From Naegleria gruberi (Eukaryota), in NCBI GenBank assembly GCA_000004985.1, contig GG738991.1: a stretch of DNA of 13,674 nt. The stretch is one strand, 5' to 3'. Positions 7,452-13,674 of the stretch are shown piece by piece (the stretch's first letter is position 1; every line of letters starts with the position of its first letter). The notes beneath the pieces are model-generated. The model saw nothing but the letters and a program-made list of their open reading frames with translations, searched no databases and had not been told where the DNA came from. Position numbers and translations under genes: made by a program.

Positions 7452-7968
7452 GGTCAAACACTCCGTCAAGAAACTCATTCCACTGAGTAGAGAAGAATAT
7501 TGGAAAATAATATTTACTGATGATTTTGATAAATTCACAGCTCCTCTGCTCAAATTCAACAAAATTGAAACTGAAACACTTCCAAGTGAAGATGTCAATA
7601 TTGTCAAGAGAACTGCCAAAGTATTTCCAGATTATGACATTCCCCATGCATTGTTGCACTTGTTAGGTCAGGAAGAATTTCACTATGTCGATCATCAGGA
7701 AAAGCATTTATTGAACTATACCATGAATAGTAATACTATGCCTCCACTGAGTCATCACGATATTCTAAAGATCAGTACTCATCAACATATTGAACCAATT
7801 GACGATCATAGTTGTTATCATGTTTTGGAAACAGAAATTCACTGTTCTGTGTTGTTACTTGGTCACTTGGTTGAGAAGGCAATTATTCATGGTGTTGAGA
7901 ATGGTTATGATTTATTGCCAAAAGCCGTGGAAGCTTACATTGCTCATTTGAATTCGGAAGTAAAATAA
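7450..7968 (+). CDS. 172-aa protein; tentatively SRPBCC (START / Bet v1-like, COQ10/polyketide-cyclase-like) fold
   Basis: ATG 7450 to TAA 7966..7968. In-frame TAA upstream at 7393. Composition is diverse (MVKHSVKKLIPLSREEYWKIIFTDDFDKFTAPLLKFNK ... LVEKAIIHGVENGYDLLPKAVEAYIAHLNSEVK). I recalled from memory that the N-terminal segment ...SREEYWKIIFTDDFDKFTAP resembles polyketide_cyc / COQ10-type START domains. This is a weak match. The competing minus ORFs 7288..7659 and 7404..7619 are low-complexity and include the D8 reading of the CAT repeat. Confidence 0.6.
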   Translation: MVKHSVKKLIPLSREEYWKIIFTDDFDKFTAPLLKFNKIETETLPSEDVNIVKRTAKVFPDYDIPHALLHLLGQEEFHYVDHQEKHLLNYTMNSNTMPPLSHHDILKISTHQHIEPIDDHSCYHVLETEIHCSVLLLGHLVEKAIIHGVENGYDLLPKAVEAYIAHLNSEVK

Positions 7969-8036
7969 GAAAATACTTGAATTTGAACCACTCTATTTTT
8001 AAAAAGCTATGAAAATGAATGTGCATATTTGAAATT

Positions 8037-8128
8037 GAAGAGGTTCATTTTCGTAAGTGAAGAAGAGGTTCAAATTCAAACAGAAGTCTGAATATGAAGC
8101 TGTGGTTGTGGAGGTTCAAATTGAAAGC
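8037..8128. promoter_or_regulatory. Three spaced copies of the motif GAGGTTCA(A/T)(A/T)TT in the intergenic promoter region
   Basis: Copies are GAAGAGGTTCATTTTCG at 8037..8053, GAAGAGGTTCAAATTCAAAC at 8062..8081 and GGAGGTTCAAATTGAAAGC at 8110..8128, with related TTCAAATT / GAAATTGAA words nearby. They sit 120-210 bp upstream of the ATG at 8251 and downstream of the stop of the 7450 gene. A TATTTAAATAA TATA-like element lies at 8233..8243. Confidence 0.4.
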
Positions 8129-8250
8129 AAGCAAATTTAGCTCTATTTAAACAAGCTCTCAGGTATTCTCACTCCATCAAACAAACAAAAAAAACAACAA
8201 ATTAACTAACAGCTCAATATTCAAATACAGATTATTTAAATAATTACAAT

Positions 8251-8317
8251 ATGGTCAAGTTCAGTAAAGAAATACTCGAAAGACTCTTACTCGACAGTAA
8301 CAAGATTCGTAACATAG
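8251..8317 (+). CDS. Start of a plus-strand gene (22 codons visible) entering the N block; N-terminus fits a leucine-rich-repeat pattern
   Basis: ATG at 8251 with A at -3, preceded by the TATA-like element and the motif array. MVKFSKEILERLLLDSNKIRNI contains LxxLxLxxNxIxxI. The remainder is masked. Confidence 0.35.
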
Positions 8318-11300
8318 NNNNNNNNNNNNNNNNNNNNNNNNNNNNNNNNNNNNNNNNNNNNNNNNNNNNNNNNNNNNNNNNNNNNNNNNNNNNNNNNNNN
8401 NNNNNNNNNNNNNNNNNNNNNNNNNNNNNNNNNNNNNNNNNNNNNNNNNNNNNNNNNNNNNNNNNNNNNNNNNNNNNNNNNNNNNNNNNNNNNNNNNNNN
8501 NNNNNNNNNNNNNNNNNNNNNNNNNNNNNNNNNNNNNNNNNNNNNNNNNNNNNNNNNNNNNNNNNNNNNNNNNNNNNNNNNNNNNNNNNNNNNNNNNNNN
8601 NNNNNNNNNNNNNNNNNNNNNNNNNNNNNNNNNNNNNNNNNNNNNNNNNNNNNNNNNNNNNNNNNNNNNNNNNNNNNNNNNNNNNNNNNNNNNNNNNNNN
8701 NNNNNNNNNNNNNNNNNNNNNNNNNNNNNNNNNNNNNNNNNNNNNNNNNNNNNNNNNNNNNNNNNNNNNNNNNNNNNNNNNNNNNNNNNNNNNNNNNNNN
8801 NNNNNNNNNNNNNNNNNNNNNNNNNNNNNNNNNNNNNNNNNNNNNNNNNNNNNNNNNNNNNNNNNNNNNNNNNNNNNNNNNNNNNNNNNNNNNNNNNNNN
8901 NNNNNNNNNNNNNNNNNNNNNNNNNNNNNNNNNNNNNNNNNNNNNNNNNNNNNNNNNNNNNNNNNNNNNNNNNNNNNNNNNNNNNNNNNNNNNNNNNNNN
9001 NNNNNNNNNNNNNNNNNNNNNNNNNNNNNNNNNNNNNNNNNNNNNNNNNNNNNNNNNNNNNNNNNNNNNNNNNNNNNNNNNNNNNNNNNNNNNNNNNNNN
9101 NNNNNNNNNNNNNNNNNNNNNNNNNNNNNNNNNNNNNNNNNNNNNNNNNNNNNNNNNNNNNNNNNNNNNNNNNNNNNNNNNNNNNNNNNNNNNNNNNNNN
9201 NNNNNNNNNNNNNNNNNNNNNNNNNNNNNNNNNNNNNNNNNNNNNNNNNNNNNNNNNNNNNNNNNNNNNNNNNNNNNNNNNNNNNNNNNNNNNNNNNNNN
9301 NNNNNNNNNNNNNNNNNNNNNNNNNNNNNNNNNNNNNNNNNNNNNNNNNNNNNNNNNNNNNNNNNNNNNNNNNNNNNNNNNNNNNNNNNNNNNNNNNNNN
9401 NNNNNNNNNNNNNNNNNNNNNNNNNNNNNNNNNNNNNNNNNNNNNNNNNNNNNNNNNNNNNNNNNNNNNNNNNNNNNNNNNNNNNNNNNNNNNNNNNNNN
9501 NNNNNNNNNNNNNNNNNNNNNNNNNNNNNNNNNNNNNNNNNNNNNNNNNNNNNNNNNNNNNNNNNNNNNNNNNNNNNNNNNNNNNNNNNNNNNNNNNNNN
9601 NNNNNNNNNNNNNNNNNNNNNNNNNNNNNNNNNNNNNNNNNNNNNNNNNNNNNNNNNNNNNNNNNNNNNNNNNNNNNNNNNNNNNNNNNNNNNNNNNNNN
9701 NNNNNNNNNNNNNNNNNNNNNNNNNNNNNNNNNNNNNNNNNNNNNNNNNNNNNNNNNNNNNNNNNNNNNNNNNNNNNNNNNNNNNNNNNNNNNNNNNNNN
9801 NNNNNNNNNNNNNNNNNNNNNNNNNNNNNNNNNNNNNNNNNNNNNNNNNNNNNNNNNNNNNNNNNNNNNNNNNNNNNNNNNNNNNNNNNNNNNNNNNNNN
9901 NNNNNNNNNNNNNNNNNNNNNNNNNNNNNNNNNNNNNNNNNNNNNNNNNNNNNNNNNNNNNNNNNNNNNNNNNNNNNNNNNNNNNNNNNNNNNNNNNNNN
10001 NNNNNNNNNNNNNNNNNNNNNNNNNNNNNNNNNNNNNNNNNNNNNNNNNNNNNNNNNNNNNNNNNNNNNNNNNNNNNNNNNNNNNNNNNNNNNNNNNNNN
10101 NNNNNNNNNNNNNNNNNNNNNNNNNNNNNNNNNNNNNNNNNNNNNNNNNNNNNNNNNNNNNNNNNNNNNNNNNNNNNNNNNNNNNNNNNNNNNNNNNNNN
10201 NNNNNNNNNNNNNNNNNNNNNNNNNNNNNNNNNNNNNNNNNNNNNNNNNNNNNNNNNNNNNNNNNNNNNNNNNNNNNNNNNNNNNNNNNNNNNNNNNNNN
10301 NNNNNNNNNNNNNNNNNNNNNNNNNNNNNNNNNNNNNNNNNNNNNNNNNNNNNNNNNNNNNNNNNNNNNNNNNNNNNNNNNNNNNNNNNNNNNNNNNNNN
10401 NNNNNNNNNNNNNNNNNNNNNNNNNNNNNNNNNNNNNNNNNNNNNNNNNNNNNNNNNNNNNNNNNNNNNNNNNNNNNNNNNNNNNNNNNNNNNNNNNNNN
10501 NNNNNNNNNNNNNNNNNNNNNNNNNNNNNNNNNNNNNNNNNNNNNNNNNNNNNNNNNNNNNNNNNNNNNNNNNNNNNNNNNNNNNNNNNNNNNNNNNNNN
10601 NNNNNNNNNNNNNNNNNNNNNNNNNNNNNNNNNNNNNNNNNNNNNNNNNNNNNNNNNNNNNNNNNNNNNNNNNNNNNNNNNNNNNNNNNNNNNNNNNNNN
10701 NNNNNNNNNNNNNNNNNNNNNNNNNNNNNNNNNNNNNNNNNNNNNNNNNNNNNNNNNNNNNNNNNNNNNNNNNNNNNNNNNNNNNNNNNNNNNNNNNNNN
10801 NNNNNNNNNNNNNNNNNNNNNNNNNNNNNNNNNNNNNNNNNNNNNNNNNNNNNNNNNNNNNNNNNNNNNNNNNNNNNNNNNNNNNNNNNNNNNNNNNNNN
10901 NNNNNNNNNNNNNNNNNNNNNNNNNNNNNNNNNNNNNNNNNNNNNNNNNNNNNNNNNNNNNNNNNNNNNNNNNNNNNNNNNNNNNNNNNNNNNNNNNNNN
11001 NNNNNNNNNNNNNNNNNNNNNNNNNNNNNNNNNNNNNNNNNNNNNNNNNNNNNNNNNNNNNNNNNNNNNNNNNNNNNNNNNNNNNNNNNNNNNNNNNNNN
11101 NNNNNNNNNNNNNNNNNNNNNNNNNNNNNNNNNNNNNNNNNNNNNNNNNNNNNNNNNNNNNNNNNNNNNNNNNNNNNNNNNNNNNNNNNNNNNNNNNNNN
11201 NNNNNNNNNNNNNNNNNNNNNNNNNNNNNNNNNNNNNNNNNNNNNNNNNNNNNNNNNNNNNNNNNNNNNNNNNNNNNNNNNNNNNNNNNNNNNNNNNNNN

Positions 11301-12182
11301 NNNNNNNNNNNNNNNNNNNNNNNNNNNNNNNNNNNNNNNNNNNNNNNNNNNNNNNNNNNNNNNNNNNNNNNNNNNNNNNNNNNNNNNNNNNNNNNNNNNN
11401 NNNNNNNNNNNNNNNNNNNNNNNNNNNNNNNNNNNNNNNNNNNNNNNNNNNNNNNNNNNNNNNNNNNNNNNNNNNNNNNNNNNNNNNNNNNNNNNNNNNN
11501 NNNNNNNNNNNNNNNNNNNNNNNNNNNNNNNNNNNNNNNNNNNNNNNNNNNNNNNNNNNNNNNNNNNNNNNNNNNNNNNNNNNNNNNNNNNNNNNNNNNN
11601 NNNNNNNNNNNNNNNNNNNNNNNNNNNNNNNNNNNNNNNNNNNNNNNNNNNNNNNNNNNNNNNNNNNNNNNNNNNNNNNNNNNNNNNNNNNNNNNNNNNN
11701 NNNNNNNNNNNNNNNNNNNNNNNNNNNNNNNNNNNNNNNNNNNNNNNNNNNNNNNNNNNNNNNNNNNNNNNNNNNNNNNNNNNNNNNNNNNNNNNNNNNN
11801 NNNNNNNNNNNNNNNNNNNNNNNNNNNNNNNNNNNNNNNNNNNNNNNNNNNNNNNNNNNNNNNNNNNNNNNNNNNNNNNNNNNNNNNNNNNNNNNNNNNN
11901 NNNNNNNNNNNNNNNNNNNNNNNNNNNNNNNNNNNNNNNNNNNNNNNNNNNNNNNNNNNNNNNNNNNNNNNNNNNNNNNNNNNNNNNNNNNNNNNNNNNN
12001 NNNNNNNNNNNNNNNNNNNNNNNNNNNNNNNNNNNNNNNNNNNNNNNNNNNNNNNNNNNNNNNNNNNNNNNNNNNNNNNNNNNNNNNNNNNNNNNNNNNN
12101 NNNNNNNNNNNNNNNNNNNNNNNNNNNNNNNNNNNNNNNNNNNNNNNNNNNNNNNNNNNNNNNNNNNNNNNNNNNNNNNNNN
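8318..12182. other. Unresolved sequence (3865 N): assembly gap or hard-masked region
   Basis: A continuous N run. A plus-strand gene (8251) and a minus-strand gene (12381) read into it from opposite sides. Confidence 1.
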
Positions 12183-12381
12183 AAATTATTTCAAAACAAA
12201 TATCATCTGAAAATATTTCTTGTTCGAGTTTCACATGCTTTTTTGCTTTCTCTTCCATATTATTATTATTATTATTATTGTTGGTGAATATTTCCTCCGA
12301 ACTAATTAATTGATGATTTTCAAAATCTTGTCTGTTTCGTTTGCTCATTTTTTTTAAATTCATGTTAAGGCTTTGATTCAT
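12183..12381 (-). CDS. N-terminal 66 codons of a minus-strand gene running into the N block; contains an Asn8 tract
   Basis: A true ATG at 12381..12379 (weak context). Further in-frame ATGs lie at 12363 and 12348; the last one has the same AATTTAAAAAAA-ATG context as the 6393 gene. The translation is MNQSLNMNLKKMSKRNRQDFENHQLISSEEIFTNNNNNNNNMEEKAKKHVKLEQEIFSDDICFEII. The frame is open to the N boundary. Confidence 0.5.
12259..12279 (-). repeat. (AAT)7 trinucleotide repeat (plus-strand ATT) encoding the poly-Asn tract
   Basis: Plus-strand (ATT)7 at 12259..12279. With the adjacent AAC it encodes N8. Confidence 0.95.
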
Positions 12382-12463
12382 ATGTTAGTTTGGATTCAAT
12401 CCCAGAAACAAAATTGAAATAGCACCGCGGGAGTCTTCGAAGCCTCCAACTTTTTCGCTGGAG

Positions 12464-12534
12464 CCAGTACTTGTTTTGCTATGGTTCTGAAAGTAGCTTC
12501 TCATATCCAGAGGTCTTATTGGTCCAAGTACTGG
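12464..12534. repeat. Perfect 10-bp inverted repeat CCAGTACTTG ... CAAGTACTGG around a 51-nt spacer
   Basis: Arms at 12464..12473 and 12525..12534. Each arm contains the self-complementary AGTACT. It lies about 80 bp upstream of the tRNA and 85 bp upstream of the ATG at 12381 on the other strand. Confidence 0.5.
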
Positions 12535-12613
12535 TAGATTTTGTTCTCAATGTTATATTCAAAATAATTTCCTGAAACATTTATGAATAGCGTATATTCT
12601 TTTTGAATGTAAT

Positions 12614-12686
12614 GGGGATGTAGCTCACATGGTAGAGCGCTTCTTTAGCATGGAAGAGGTACGGGGATCGATACCCCGCATCTCCA
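12614..12686 (+). tRNA. tRNA-Ala, anticodon AGC, 73 nt, no intron, CCA not encoded
   Basis: The sequence folds by hand into a cloverleaf. Acceptor GGGGATG pairs with CATCTCC, including the G3:U70 wobble pair that marks Ala identity. D stem GCTC/GAGC. Anticodon stem CTTCT/GGAAG with loop TTAGCAT, giving anticodon AGC. T stem CGGGG/CCCCG with loop ATCGATA (B-box-like GGATCGATACC). Discriminator A. An A-box-like TAGCTCACATGG is present. The overall sequence closely resembles animal cytoplasmic tRNA-Ala(AGC). Confidence 0.93.
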
Positions 12687-12693
12687 CTCAATC

Positions 12694-12698
12694 TTTTT
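12694..12698 (+). terminator. Pol III terminator (T5 run) 8 nt downstream of the tRNA 3' end
   Basis: TTTTT at 12694..12698 follows the discriminator base at 12686. Confidence 0.6.
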
Positions 12699-13122
12699 AT
12701 TCACACCAGCTTTACGATTTCATTGTTGTGTTTGGTTCAACTCAGCGATTATTGGTCACTTGAATTTTCTGGTCAAGGAGCTCCATAAAATAAACAAAAT
12801 AATTGACCCAGTTAAAAAGTATACAACAATAAATGTTGCTTTTAATAATTAACCACAAGTGTCATTTTTAAATTGATCAAAATTCAAAAGTGATAAATAG
12901 ATGGTGATCAAGCAAGATCTATTTCTTCAACAACCTGTTTCGCATTGAACAAAACAAGATTCGTCAAAAGAACTCTTGAATTCACTGTTCATACAGTCAA
13001 AGACTGTAGCGGGATTGTCGCCATATTCCTGGCAGGCTTCCCGTCCAAATTATTAATTGAAAATCTTATGAGAACAGTATCCTTCATCATGTACTAACAA
13101 AAAAACTTTGTTGTTCTTGATA

Positions 13123-13128
13123 TTTATT
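13123..13128 (-). promoter_or_regulatory. Poly(A) signal AATAAA about 37 nt downstream of the stop of the membrane-protein gene
   Basis: Plus-strand TTTATT at 13123..13128 reads AATAAA on the minus strand. The gene's stop is TAG at 13167..13165. Confidence 0.4.
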
Positions 13129-13164
13129 TAGCTGAGGGATTGAGGCAATTATAACCTTTCTAAA

Positions 13165-13674
13165 CTAGGCCAATTCAACATCAGTGGCACCAGCCATAAT
13201 TAAATCTTTTGCCAATGAAGCAGATGCTTTCTTCTTCATCATGATTACAATAGTTGTAATCAATACAGCAACACCACTTCCAATAACTGCAACAGAAACA
13301 ATTGGAACAACAACTGCTGCAACAATCACTCCTGTATTCTCACTGTGTACTGAATCAATAGCAAGAAAAGGAAGCGAAGTCAATCTTGCTGAAATCTGAG
13401 GATTGTTTTTTAGTTGAAGTGAAAGAGCTGTTTCAGTTTCAACTCTGAAGGAAATGAGCGTCGAGTTGAGGGAAAGAGCTGCTTTTGCTGTTAAGGAACC
13501 TGTTTTGGAAAGAGAGGCTGGTAGATTAAATGGAATGGAAGATGTCAGCTGTTGGTGGACAGTTGAAGAGGAATCAAATTGACCATCTAATAGGAATTCA
13601 ATAAAAATGTTAATGGATTGGTTGACATAATAATCAAGAAATGAAGAATCTGAATGAAAGAGAAATAATGGTGA
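13165..13674 (-). CDS. C-terminal region (170 or more codons, partial) of a type I single-pass membrane protein
   Basis: The minus frame is open from the window edge (13674) to TAG 13167..13165. I checked every codon by hand and found no stop. The track's start at 13383 is TTG. The translation is ...SPLFLFHSDSSFLDYYVNQSINIFIEFLLDGQFDSSSTVHQQLTSSIPFNLPASLSKTGSLTAKAALSLNSTLISFRVETETALSLQLKNNPQISARLTSLPFLAIDSVHSENTG, then a 27-residue hydrophobic helix VIVAAVVVPIVSVAVIGSGVAVLITTIVIMM, then KKK and a short tail ASASLAKDLIMAGATDVELA. N-glycosylation sequons NQS and NST lie in the ectodomain. A minus-strand AATAAA follows. Confidence 0.55.
   Translation of the reverse strand, partial: SPLFLFHSDSSFLDYYVNQSINIFIEFLLDGQFDSSSTVHQQLTSSIPFNLPASLSKTGSLTAKAALSLNSTLISFRVETETALSLQLKNNPQISARLTSLPFLAIDSVHSENTGVIVAAVVVPIVSVAVIGSGVAVLITTIVIMMKKKASASLAKDLIMAGATDVELA

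Noticed and set aside
7288-7659. Minus-strand ORFs 7288..7659 and 7404..7619 (includes the D8 reading of the CAT repeat)
   Set aside because: They overlap the better plus-strand ORF 7450..7968, have skewed low-complexity composition (W/K/F/Y-rich or S/L/M-rich), and the second is nested inside the first.
8037-8128. GGTTCAAAT words considered as tRNA B boxes or a SINE/tRNA-derived element, or as a CRISPR-like array
   Set aside because: No acceptor or anticodon stems can be drawn and the trailing CC of the B box is absent. The repeats are 12-20 bp with irregular 25/48-bp spacing and a eukaryotic context, so this is not a CRISPR.
12996-13040. GC-richer patch CGGGATTGTCGCCATATTCCTGGCAGGCTTCCCG with 5-bp terminal complementarity, considered as a small ncRNA
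   Set aside because: It has only 5-bp arms and a 24-nt loop, with no recognisable snRNA/snoRNA boxes. The evidence is insufficient.
13184-13399. 71-aa plus-strand ORF antisense to the membrane-protein gene
   Set aside because: The minus frame is open for 170 or more codons to the window edge and has a downstream AATAAA. The plus ORF is Thr/Ala/Ile-rich and is the antisense image of the transmembrane helix.

Overview
This 13.7 kb window is AT-rich eukaryotic nuclear DNA. Two runs of N (2155..5992, 3838 nt; 8318..12182, 3865 nt) make 56% of it unreadable. The readable 6 kb is gene-dense and compact, with intergenic spacers of about 100-500 bp, introns of 46 and about 62 nt, and mostly TAA stop codons. 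What I can support:
- A two-exon secreted trypsin-like serine protease on the minus strand. Its catalytic triad (His, Asp, GDSGGP Ser) and a 46-nt GTAAGT...CATAG intron are visible.
- A minus-strand protein with an 80-residue RGG/RGS/SRG repeat, a Gln6 run and a C-terminal Cys-rich domain I cannot place in any family.
- The first 400 nt of a minus-strand gene (start 6393) that runs into N block 1.
- A minus-strand terminal exon at 6497..6843 with a probable phase-compatible upstream exon at 7009..7139.
- A 172-aa plus-strand gene (7450..7968) with a (CAT)9 microsatellite fused to its ATG.
- The starts of two converging genes that enter N block 2 (8251 plus, 12381 minus).
- A canonical nuclear tRNA-Ala(AGC) with the G3:U70 identity pair and a downstream T5 Pol III terminator (12614..12686).
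- The C-terminal part of a type I single-pass membrane protein on the minus strand (13165..13674+).
The ORF track treats TTG and GTG as start codons, so several of its 'M' starts are not real. No prokaryotic features, CRISPR or recognisable transposon are visible in the readable sequence. The main points for follow-up are the masked gene bodies, the unclassified RG-repeat/Cys-rich protein, and several small promoter-region repeats and palindromes.
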